Source of the DNA: Thermodesulfobacteriota bacterium
Lineage (GTDB): Bacteria > Desulfobacterota > Desulfovibrionia > Desulfovibrionales > Desulfovibrionaceae
Length of the DNA: 64,000 bases
Direction: 5' to 3'
Assembly: GCA_049322415.1 (NCBI GenBank)
Contig: JBMORI010000039.1
Span: 8,210-72,209 of the forward strand
A model generated the notes under the pieces. The model had not been told where the DNA came from. It saw only the letters and a program-made list of their open reading frames with translations, and ran no database searches. Positions 9,713-17,477 of the stretch are shown in pieces. The position numbers and the translations under genes were made by a program. Within the stretch, counting starts at the first letter, position 1; every line of letters starts with the position of its first letter.

Positions 9713-10129
9713 TCAGTCGCGGATTTTCATCATGGGGGAGTTCATGGGTCTTCCGCCGTAGTTGTGGAAAACCTCTCCGTCCCGCACGAAGTAGACGCTG
9801 GCGTCCTCGGAGGAGGTCATGGACTTGCCGTCGATGACGAAGGGGAACCAGCCGCGCACCACTTTGCCCCGCTTGTCGTCCCAGTGGTAGAACACGGCGT
9901 ACCTGTCCCCCTTCTTCACCAGCCAGTAGTTGAAGATGTGCGGCCGGTTGAATTCCTTGGGGGGGATGCGCCGCCAGTAGCCCATGAGGAGCGGGTCGGG
10001 CGGGTTGACCACCTTGGCGTAGACGGTGGGCTCTCCGGACACCTCGGAGGGCTTGATGGGAAACGCCGAGCAGCCTGTCAGGGCAAGGGCCAGCAAGACG
10101 GCTGAAAGGACGGCGAAGAAGCGTTTCAT
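9713..10129 (-). CDS. Small lipoprotein of unknown function
   Basis: Track ORF 9713..10294 trimmed to MKRFFAVLSAVLLALALTGC (lipobox LTGC). Its ATG overlaps the upstream stop as ATGA. Confidence 0.7.
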   Translation of the reverse strand: MKRFFAVLSAVLLALALTGCSAFPIKPSEVSGEPTVYAKVVNPPDPLLMGYWRRIPPKEFNRPHIFNYWLVKKGDRYAVFYHWDDKRGKVVRGWFPFVIDGKSMTSSEDASVYFVRDGEVFHNYGGRPMNSPMMKIRD

Positions 10130-10992
10130 GGTTCCTCCTTGGCCTGGGCCGCCGAGACCGCGCGGATCAAAAGCCCCGCCGAGGCCTTCGGGCAGGCCAG
10201 CTTGAGGTTGACGGCGGCGCTTCTTCCTTCCACCGGGACCGCGCGGCCCGCGAATTCCCGGGGGGGCGGAGTCAGGCGTCCTTGCTTGGCGCACGCGCGC
10301 GGGTAGAGGCAGATCATGTCCATGAGGTTCCTGACCGCCACGTCAGCCTCCTCGCACTGGCCTGTCCGGTCGCCCGCTGCCTGCCCGAGCACGCGGATCA
10401 TCTCCGGCCCAAGGCGCAGCGTGTAGGCCAGTTCGCGCCCACCACCCAGGGGCACGGACGCATCGCGGGAGTGGGGATAGGACTCCAACTCCTCGCCGGG
10501 CATGAGCCCCTGCGCCTTCAGCGGACATCGGGCGAAGCGCAGGAAGGCGCGCTCCAGGGCCGAAACCAGTCCGGATACGGCATCCGGCAAGCCGGTGGAC
10601 CGGTACAGCTCCTCCAGTTCCTGGGCACGGCCCCGCTTGAGCGCCGCGTAGGCCTCCAGGCAGTTGGAGAACTGCTCCGGGGTGATGTGCCCGAGCGTCA
10701 GCAGGGCTTCCCCCAGGTGAAACTGCCGCACCCGCTGCCTGAAGAGGAGGGTGTGCATTTCCCGTCTGGGGACCCATCCTCTGGCAACGGCCAGCTCGCC
10801 GAAGCTCATGTCCGTCTCGCGCTGGAGGACAAGCAGCTCCTCCACCTGGGCGGGGCTTAAAAGGCCAGCCTCCACTGCCAGGTCTCCCAGCCTGCGGTTG
10901 GAGCTGGCCTGGAAGGCGGCGGCCTCCTCGATCTGCCCGCTGTCCGCCACGCCGTGTTCGAGCAGGTAATGGCCCAGGCAATGGGAACTCAC
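10126..10992 (-). CDS. Protein with four tandem MshEN/T2SSE_N-type 24-residue motifs plus a C-terminal domain of unknown function
   Basis: 288 aa with a GTG start overlapping the upstream stop (GTGA). Residues 5-115 form four xLGxxLLxxG(L/V)(L/V)x4(hydrophobic)x3Lx2Q units, each separated from the next by exactly 5 residues. Confidence 0.7.
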   Translation of the reverse strand: MSSHCLGHYLLEHGVADSGQIEEAAAFQASSNRRLGDLAVEAGLLSPAQVEELLVLQRETDMSFGELAVARGWVPRREMHTLLFRQRVRQFHLGEALLTLGHITPEQFSNCLEAYAALKRGRAQELEELYRSTGLPDAVSGLVSALERAFLRFARCPLKAQGLMPGEELESYPHSRDASVPLGGGRELAYTLRLGPEMIRVLGQAAGDRTGQCEEADVAVRNLMDMICLYPRACAKQGRLTPPPREFAGRAVPVEGRSAAVNLKLACPKASAGLLIRAVSAAQAKEEP

Positions 10993-11807
10993 CGGCCGTC
11001 CTCCTTTCCGCTGTTCAGGAAGGCGAAGGTGTCCAGTTCAAGTGACGAATCGTGGATTATGTCGAAGGATGTCTCTCCGAGATACTCCTTGAATTTGAGT
11101 GCCTCGGGGAAGTCCGGCCTGAGCGTCAGGGCCTTGTTCAGGAAGCGCTTGGCCGCGCGCTTCCTGCCTTTCTCGTAGAGCGCCCTGGCCAGGTTGTAGT
11201 GCAGGTGCTCGTCTGCGGCGGAGAGCCTGAGCGCCCTGGCGTAGTGCCCCAGGGCCTGTGAGTACATGCCGCTCTTGCGCAGCTTGATGCCGAACTCGTT
11301 GAAGAGGTGCTTGTGCTCCGGGGCGAACGCTCCCTCCAGCCTGGAGAGGCGGCGGAACACGATGTCGGCGCTGGCTGTCTCGCCCTGCTCCAGATACGTC
11401 AGGCCAAGCCCGAAGGAGGCCCTGATGTGGCCTTCGTCCATGCGCAGCGCGCTCTTGTATTCGAACTCGGCCGTGAAAAGCTTTCCGTCCAGGCGGCTGC
11501 GGTCGGCGTCGTCCACCATCCGCTCCACGGCCCTCATGGCGGGCAGGACCTTGGTGAGGTAGATGTCCGGAGCGGGGACGAACTTCTTGAAAAGGACGTC
11601 CTTGCCGACCAGGCGCCTTCCTTCCTGGGGGATGAAGTCCTGGCTGAGCGGCCTGCAGGCGATCATGCCTTCCGCTGTCTCCTCCGCGTAGACGTAGACG
11701 GACTGCTTGATGCGTTTCTTGGTCGCGCCGAAACCGACCGTGGTGACGGTTTCCGTGACGAAGACCCCCTTTACGGCCTGGACGGGAGGTGCTGCTTCGG
11801 TGCTCAT
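10989..11807 (-). CDS. TPR repeat protein with an N-terminal domain of unknown function
   Basis: Frame of track ORF 10989..11840. I prefer the ATG (MSTEAAPP...) but the GTG at 11840 is possible. The C-terminal half has TPR-like repeats (GLGLTYLEQGETASADIVF, YSQALGHYARALRL, HYNLARALYEKGRKRAAKRFLNKALTLRPDF). Confidence 0.7.
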   Translation of the reverse strand: MSTEAAPPVQAVKGVFVTETVTTVGFGATKKRIKQSVYVYAEETAEGMIACRPLSQDFIPQEGRRLVGKDVLFKKFVPAPDIYLTKVLPAMRAVERMVDDADRSRLDGKLFTAEFEYKSALRMDEGHIRASFGLGLTYLEQGETASADIVFRRLSRLEGAFAPEHKHLFNEFGIKLRKSGMYSQALGHYARALRLSAADEHLHYNLARALYEKGRKRAAKRFLNKALTLRPDFPEALKFKEYLGETSFDIIHDSSLELDTFAFLNSGKEDGR

Positions 11808-11908
11808 GGCTGTGTCCCAACATAGCCGCCGGGGCGTCACGTGTCCATGCCGCCTGACCGATTTTGCTGATGACCGGAAGCATCTCCTGGGCTATAGTCC
11901 GCCGCGTC

Positions 11909-13114
11909 ATGAGCCAAGACCTTGAAAAATTGCGCATAAGCCGTTCCGGACAGGCCGCTCCCGCCGCCCGGAGACGCTTCGGCAGGTGGATCTGGATCGC
12001 GGGCGCGGCAATCATCCTGCTGGCGGCCTGGGCCCTCATGCCCGGCAGGCACGAGGTGGAGACCTCGCAGGCGGTGATGGTGCACCCGTCGCGCTCCCTC
12101 ACCCTGGTCAACGCCACGGGCTACGTGGTGGCGGACCGCAGGGCCGCCCTGGCCTCCAAGATCACCGGACGGCTGGTGTGGCTGGGGGTCGAGGAGGGCA
12201 GCCGCGTGCGCAAGGGCGACGTGCTGGCCCGCCTGGAGAGCGAGGACACGCAGGCGGAACTCAAGCGCGCCCAGGCCGACCTCGCAGCCGCCCGGTTCAG
12301 CGTTGACCAGACCCACGCCGAGCTGGTGGACGCCCGGCTCAACCACGGCCGCTTCCTTGAGCTGGAAAAGCGCAAGGTGGTGGCCCGCTCCGAGTACGAC
12401 CAGGCCATTGCCCGTCTGCGCAAGGCCGAGGCCGCCCACGAGAACGCCCTGAGAGCCGTGCGCTCCCGCGAGGCCGGCCTGGAGCTGGCCAGGGCCAACC
12501 TGGAGTACACGGTGGTCCGTGCGCCCTTCGACGCGGTGGTGCTCACCAAGAGCGCCGACGTGGGCGACATCGTCACGCCCATCGGCGCTTCCAGCACGGC
12601 CAAGGCCTCGGTGGTCACCATCGCGGACCTTGGGTCGCTGCAGATCGAGGCGGACGTGTCCGAGTCCAACATGGCCAAGGTGCGCCAGGGCCAGCCCGTG
12701 GAGATCATGCTGGACGCCTTCGGCGAGGAGCGCTTCCCGGGATACGTGCACATGATCGTTCCCACGGCCGACAAGACCAAGGCCACGGTGATGGTCAAGG
12801 TGCGTTTCGACAGGCTCGACCCCCGCGTGCTGCCCCAGATGAGCTCCAAGGTGGCCTTCCTGGAACGCGCCCCCGCCGAAAGCGAGAAGGCCCCCAGGCT
12901 GGCCGTCCCGGCCAATGCCGTGGTGGAGCGCGGGGGCGGCGGGGCCGTGTTCCGCGAGGAGGACGGCAAGGCCGCGCTCGTGCCCGTGAAGACCGGGGAG
13001 CGCCTTGGAGACATGGTGGAGATAGTGGAGGGGCTGAAGGCCGGGGACAAGGTGGTGCTCTCCCCGCCGGATTCGCTCACGGGCGGCGACAGGATAAGCG
13101 CCGCCGGGAAGTGA
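11909..13114 (+). CDS. Efflux transporter periplasmic adaptor subunit (HlyD/MacA family)
   Basis: Track ORF trimmed to [12 protein letters not shown].... It has a single N-terminal TM segment, a lipoyl-like segment ([11 protein letters not shown]), a coiled-coil hairpin and a beta-barrel ([12 protein letters not shown]). Confidence 0.85.
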   Translation: MSQDLEKLRISRSGQAAPAARRRFGRWIWIAGAAIILLAAWALMPGRHEVETSQAVMVHPSRSLTLVNATGYVVADRRAALASKITGRLVWLGVEEGSRVRKGDVLARLESEDTQAELKRAQADLAAARFSVDQTHAELVDARLNHGRFLELEKRKVVARSEYDQAIARLRKAEAAHENALRAVRSREAGLELARANLEYTVVRAPFDAVVLTKSADVGDIVTPIGASSTAKASVVTIADLGSLQIEADVSESNMAKVRQGQPVEIMLDAFGEERFPGYVHMIVPTADKTKATVMVKVRFDRLDPRVLPQMSSKVAFLERAPAESEKAPRLAVPANAVVERGGGGAVFREEDGKAALVPVKTGERLGDMVEIVEGLKAGDKVVLSPPDSLTGGDRISAAGK

Positions 13115-13118
13115 ACCC

Positions 13119-13820
13119 GTGGACCGGGACATCCTCATAGCCATACGCGGCCTGACCAAGACCTACGAGCGCGGCGGGCAGGTGATACCAGTGCTCACGG
13201 ACATATCCTTCGACATCGCGGAGGGGGAGTTCCTGGCGCTCATGGGGCCTTCCGGCTCGGGCAAGTCCACGCTGCTCAACTGCCTGGCGGGCATCGACCG
13301 CGCCGACTCGGGCGAGATCGTTGTGGCCGGGCAGGACATCGCGCTGCTCTCCGAGACGGAGCTTGCCGAATGGCGCAGCCGCAGCGTGGGGTTCATCTTC
13401 CAGTTCTACAACCTCATCCCCGTGCTCACAGCCGTGGAGAACGTGGAGCTGCCGCTTCTGCTCACCGGCCTCACGGGCCGGGAGAGGCGCGAGCACGCCG
13501 AGTCCGCCCTTGCCGCCGTGGGGCTGGCCGAACGCATGGACCACTACCCGGCCCAGCTCTCCGGCGGCCAGCAGCAGCGCGTGGCCATAGCCAGGGCCAT
13601 CGTCACCGACCCGGACATCCTTGTCGCGGACGAGCCCACTGGCGACCTTGACCGCGTGAGCGCGGAGGAGATCCTGGCCCTGCTGGAGAGGCTGAACCGG
13701 GAGCTGGGCAAGACCATCATCATGGTCACGCACGACCCGCGCGCCGCCCAGCAGGCACACATCCTGCGGCACCTGGACAAGGGAGAGCTTTCCCGTGTTG
13801 CTGATCAGGCTGGCAGTTAG
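13119..13820 (+). CDS. ABC transporter ATP-binding protein (MacB/LolD type)
   Basis: 233 aa with a GTG start. Walker A is GPSGSGKST, the signature is [14 protein letters not shown], and Walker B is [12 protein letters not shown]. Confidence 0.9.
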   Translation: MDRDILIAIRGLTKTYERGGQVIPVLTDISFDIAEGEFLALMGPSGSGKSTLLNCLAGIDRADSGEIVVAGQDIALLSETELAEWRSRSVGFIFQFYNLIPVLTAVENVELPLLLTGLTGRERREHAESALAAVGLAERMDHYPAQLSGGQQQRVAIARAIVTDPDILVADEPTGDLDRVSAEEILALLERLNRELGKTIIMVTHDPRAAQQAHILRHLDKGELSRVADQAGS

Positions 13821-14955
13821 GAACGCCTTCCGGCACAAGCTCAGGTCGCTTTTGACCATCCTGGGCGTGATGGTGGCCATCCTGGCCTTCGGGCTTCTGC
13901 GCACGGTTATTGACGCCTGGTACGCGGGCGTGGAGTCCAGTTCGGCCAACCGGCTGGTCACGCGAAACGCCATCTCGCTCACCTTTTCGCTGCCCCTGGC
14001 CTACAAGGAGAAGCTGCGCGCCGTGCCGGGCGTCACCGGGGTCTGCCCCGGCAACTGGTTCGGCGGCATCTACATCGACGAGAAGAACTTCTTCGCCAAC
14101 TTCGCCTACGAGCCCCGCACCCTGCTTGAGCTCTACCCCGAATTCGTCATCGACGACCCGGACCAGAAGGCCGCGTTCCTGCGCGACCGCAAGGGCGCGC
14201 TCGTGGGGGCCAAGCTGGCCAAGCGCTTCGGCTGGAAGGTGGGCGACGACGTCACCCTGCGCGGCACCATCTTCCCTGGCGACTGGACCATGACCATTAG
14301 GGCCATCTACCGGGGGGCGCGCTCCAACACCGACGAGACCCAGTTCTTCTTCCACTGGGCCTACCTGGACGAGACCCTGCGGGTGAACTCCCCCTCCAGG
14401 GCCGGGCAGGTGGGCTTCTACCTGGTGGGCATCAAGGACGCGAACCGGGCGGCGGAGATATCAAGGGCCATTGATTCGCAGTTCGCCAACTCCCTGGCCG
14501 AGACCCTCACCGAGACGGAGAAGGCCTTCCAGATGAGCTTCGTGTCCATGTCCGAGGCCATCCTGCTTGCCATACGCATCGTGAGCTTCGTGGTGGTGCT
14601 CATCATCCTGGCCGTGGCGGCAAACACCATGGCCATGTCCGCGCGCGAGCGCACGGGCGAGTACGCCGTGCTCAAGACGCTTGGATTCAGCGCCGGGACC
14701 GTGGCCTCGCTCATCGCCGGGGAGGCGCTGGTGATAAGCCTCACCGGGGCGGGCCTGGGCCTTGCGCTCATCGGCCCGTGCGCCAAGGCTTTCGGCAGCT
14801 TCATGCAGGACTTCCTGCCCGTGTTCCAGGTCTCGCGCGAGACGGTGGTCCTGGGCGTGTTCGCGGGCGTGGCCGTGGGCGTCCTCTCCGGCATCTATCC
14901 GGCCTGGTACGCCGCCCGCGTGACCATCGCCACGGCGCTCAGGAAGGTCGGGTAA
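13795..14955 (+). CDS. ABC transporter permease, FtsX/MacB-like
   Basis: 386 aa. The N-terminus is [18 protein letters not shown], followed by a large periplasmic loop and a C-terminal FtsX 3-TM bundle. Confidence 0.85.
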   Translation: MLLIRLAVRNAFRHKLRSLLTILGVMVAILAFGLLRTVIDAWYAGVESSSANRLVTRNAISLTFSLPLAYKEKLRAVPGVTGVCPGNWFGGIYIDEKNFFANFAYEPRTLLELYPEFVIDDPDQKAAFLRDRKGALVGAKLAKRFGWKVGDDVTLRGTIFPGDWTMTIRAIYRGARSNTDETQFFFHWAYLDETLRVNSPSRAGQVGFYLVGIKDANRAAEISRAIDSQFANSLAETLTETEKAFQMSFVSMSEAILLAIRIVSFVVVLIILAVAANTMAMSARERTGEYAVLKTLGFSAGTVASLIAGEALVISLTGAGLGLALIGPCAKAFGSFMQDFLPVFQVSRETVVLGVFAGVAVGVLSGIYPAWYAARVTIATALRKVG

Positions 14956-15029
14956 GTGTCCGGCAGGAATCCGATAACTCGCGTTTCAAGGGCCGTCTTG
15001 AAACGGCTTGAAACGCTGGGGGGCGGGCA

Positions 15030-16193
15030 GTGGCCATCCCTCTGAGCTATTCCTGGCGCAATCTTCTCACGCGCCGGGCCACCACCGTCCTCACGGCGGG
15101 TGGCATGGCCCTGGTGGTGTTCGTGTTCACGGCCACCCTCATGCTGGCCGAGGGGCTCCGGCAGACCCTGGTGGCCACGGGCAGCCCGGACAACGCCATC
15201 GTATTGCGCAAAAGCTCCGAGACTGAGGTCCAGTCCGTGCTGGAACGCTCCTCCGCGGACGTGTGCGCCATCCGTCCCGAGGTGGCCTCGGACGGCCAGG
15301 GCAGGCTCATGGCGGCCAGGGAGCTGGTGGTGCTCATCTCGCTGCCCAAGAAGACCGGCACGGCCTCCAACGTGGTCATTCGGGGCACGGGCTACGCGTC
15401 GCTAGAACTCAGGCCCCAGATACGGCTCGTGGCCGGGAGGCTGCCGGAGCCGGGGTCCACCGAGATCATGGTGGGCCAGAGCGTCGTCTCCAAGTTCACG
15501 GGGGTGGGGCTAGGGCAATCGCTCACTTTTGGGCAGCGCCAGTGGAACGTGGTCGGCGTGTTCGACGCGGGCAACACCGGCTTCGCCTCGGAGATATGGG
15601 GCGACGCGGAGCAGCTCATGCAGGCTTTCCGGCGCCAGGCCTATTCCACGGTGCTCGTCAGGCTCAGGTCGCCTTCCGATTTCGACTCCTACCGGGCAGC
15701 CGTCGAGGGCGACCCCAGGCTCCAGGCCGAGGTGAAGCGCGAGCGCAAGTATTACGAGGACCAGTCCAAGGCGCTTTCTCGGTTTCTGCGGGTGCTCGGC
15801 ATCTCGCTCACGGCCATCTTCTCCATCGGGGCCATGCTGGGGGCCACGATCACCATGTACTCCGCCGTGGCCAACCGCGTGGGGGAGATCGGCACGCTCA
15901 GGGCGCTCGGGTTCAAGCGCCGGGCCATCCTGGCGGCGTTCCTGGCCGAGGCGCTGCTTCTTGGCGGGCTCGGAGGCGCGGCGGGGCTGGCCTTCTCGTC
16001 GCTGCTCTCCTTCCTCACCTTCTCCACCACCAACTTCCAGACCTTCGCGGAGCTGGCCTTCAGGTTCACCCTGACCGGCGAGATCGCCATGTGGTCCATG
16101 GGGTTCGCGCTGTTCATGGGCGTGGCGGGCGGATTTCTGCCCGCGCTTCGGGCCTCGCGCCTGAATATCGTGGAGGCGCTCAGGTCGGGCTAG
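15030..16193 (+). CDS. ABC transporter permease, FtsX/MacB-like (second copy)
   Basis: 387 aa with a GTG start. It has the same architecture as the preceding permease and ends RASRLNIVEALRSG. Confidence 0.85.
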   Translation: MAIPLSYSWRNLLTRRATTVLTAGGMALVVFVFTATLMLAEGLRQTLVATGSPDNAIVLRKSSETEVQSVLERSSADVCAIRPEVASDGQGRLMAARELVVLISLPKKTGTASNVVIRGTGYASLELRPQIRLVAGRLPEPGSTEIMVGQSVVSKFTGVGLGQSLTFGQRQWNVVGVFDAGNTGFASEIWGDAEQLMQAFRRQAYSTVLVRLRSPSDFDSYRAAVEGDPRLQAEVKRERKYYEDQSKALSRFLRVLGISLTAIFSIGAMLGATITMYSAVANRVGEIGTLRALGFKRRAILAAFLAEALLLGGLGGAAGLAFSSLLSFLTFSTTNFQTFAELAFRFTLTGEIAMWSMGFALFMGVAGGFLPALRASRLNIVEALRSG

Positions 16194-16255
16194 TGTGACG
16201 TCCTCAAAATGAGTGTAGATTTCATTTGAGAGTATTAATCTGAAATTATTGTTTT

Positions 16256-16290
16256 TATCCCTGAAAAACATGTTCATGTTTTCAGGGAAG
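16256..16290. repeat. AT-rich hairpin element, copy 1 of a 2-copy family
   Basis: tatccctgaaaaacatgttcatgttttcagggaag. It folds as a stem of about 13 bp with one bulge. 26 of 35 positions are identical, ungapped, to 42421-42455. It sits in a locally AT-rich patch just after the efflux operon stop. Confidence 0.6.
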
Positions 16291-16484
16291 CGACACTCGC
16301 GCGCGTCCCCGGCGGGGCGCTCTTGAGGCGCGGCCTCGCATGGCTCGGAGCCAACGGCGCTTCGGGCGTGACGCTGGAGGTGGTGGCGGGAAACGAAGGC
16401 GCGGTGGAGTTCTACCACTCGCTCGGCTTCAAGCTTCGCTCATCCAAGATGTGGCTGGCCCCGGAAACCCGGAATGAGGGTTGA
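16291..16484 (+). pseudogene. 5'-truncated remnant of a GNAT acetyltransferase gene
   Basis: The frame ending at TGA 16482-16484 reads ...ARVPGGALLRRGLAWLGANGASGVTLEVVAGNEGAVEFYHSLGFKLRSSKMWLAPETRNEG. This is a typical GNAT motif A/B C-terminal half. There is no in-frame ATG and no N-terminal half. An upstream in-frame stop lies at 16236-16238. Confidence 0.5.
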
Positions 16485-16552
16485 TGCGTTCGAGGAGACG
16501 GCAAGCGGTCAGCCGCCGTGTGCCCTGGGCCGGGCGCGGAGCGGGCAGGGGC

Positions 16553-17458
16553 CTAGGCCACGTCCTTCAGGGAGAGGACGGGCAGCTCCGGCAGGGACGA
16601 GAGGCGCGGGTCGATCCCGGCGGCCGTTCCACGCCTGGCGCGCGACAGGTTCAGGCTGCCGATGGGGTCGAAGCCGCGAAGCACGGAGTCCTCGGGGCGG
16701 CGCAGAACGTCCAGCACGGCGCGCAGCGAGAGGTCGAACATCCTGTCCAGTCCGCCGCGCTCGTCCGGCAGGGGCATCACCTTCTGGGCGAACCTGAGTG
16801 AGCGGTTCCAGCCGGGAAGGCCGGCCAGGGCCACGCTCCCCTTGAACATGCGCTTGCGCAGGAGGTAGGCGGCGCGGTTCTTGTCCAGGGCGGAGACGAT
16901 CCCCCGGTCCAGCATGCGCTGCGACTTGCTGGTGATGCGCCCCTTGAGGCCGTGGCCGCCTGTGAGGCGGGAATCGGCCTGGGCCTCCACGTAGGCGTGG
17001 GCAAGCCCGGCGGGCAGGGCGGTGCGGACCATGACGCCGGGCACGTAGCAGTTGTGGGCCACCACGTCGGCGGCAAGATGCGACATGTATCCCAGGGCGT
17101 GGGCGGCCAGCTGCGGGTTGTGGGCGGCGGCGGCAAGGCGGACGGCGGCGTCCCAGTTGTGGCTGTGTCCGGGGCGGATTCTGGTGCCCTTGCCCACGAA
17201 GAAGTCGGCGGAGAGGCAGCCGTAGAGGTAGCTGTTGGGGAACTGGGCGATGATCGCGGCGGAGGCGGGGTGCACCAGGTCCAGGTTGGCCAGCACGAAG
17301 CGGGCTGCGGCAGTGTGGACTCCAGGCCCCCAGGCCAGGGCGTCGCCCGGGAAAAACAGCACGATGGCAAAGGAGAGAACGAATAGAAGCGTCAAGGCCG
17401 CGCTCCCGCCGCTGGTTGCGGACGCCGTGGTATCTATGCCTTCGCGGCGCGAAGTCAA
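16553..17458 (-). CDS. Zinc-dependent phospholipase C-like family protein (secreted)
   Basis: 301 aa. The signal peptide ends ALA|WGPGVH. A mature N-terminal Trp plus His is characteristic of the Zn-PLC fold. A later HSHNWD and HLAADVVAH are also present. Confidence 0.65.
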   Translation of the reverse strand: MTSRREGIDTTASATSGGSAALTLLFVLSFAIVLFFPGDALAWGPGVHTAAARFVLANLDLVHPASAAIIAQFPNSYLYGCLSADFFVGKGTRIRPGHSHNWDAAVRLAAAAHNPQLAAHALGYMSHLAADVVAHNCYVPGVMVRTALPAGLAHAYVEAQADSRLTGGHGLKGRITSKSQRMLDRGIVSALDKNRAAYLLRKRMFKGSVALAGLPGWNRSLRFAQKVMPLPDERGGLDRMFDLSLRAVLDVLRRPEDSVLRGFDPIGSLNLSRARRGTAAGIDPRLSSLPELPVLSLKDVA

Positions 17459-17477
17459 GTTACAACGGGATTAAAAC

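Noticed and set aside
11870-11898. Sigma-70-like promoter (ATGACC-N17-TATAGT) before the efflux adaptor gene
   Set aside because: The -10 element lies only 10 nt before the preferred ATG at 11909. That would imply a leaderless mRNA or a different start codon, which is too ambiguous to call.
11837-13982. Minus-strand ORFs 11837..13159 and 13077..13982
   Set aside because: They are antisense to the adaptor and ATPase genes of the efflux operon and have compositionally biased products.
16474-16868. Plus-strand 106-107-aa Arg-rich ORFs after the GNAT remnant
   Set aside because: They are antisense to the 3' end of the Zn-phospholipase-C-like gene and have extreme Arg/Gly/Ala composition.
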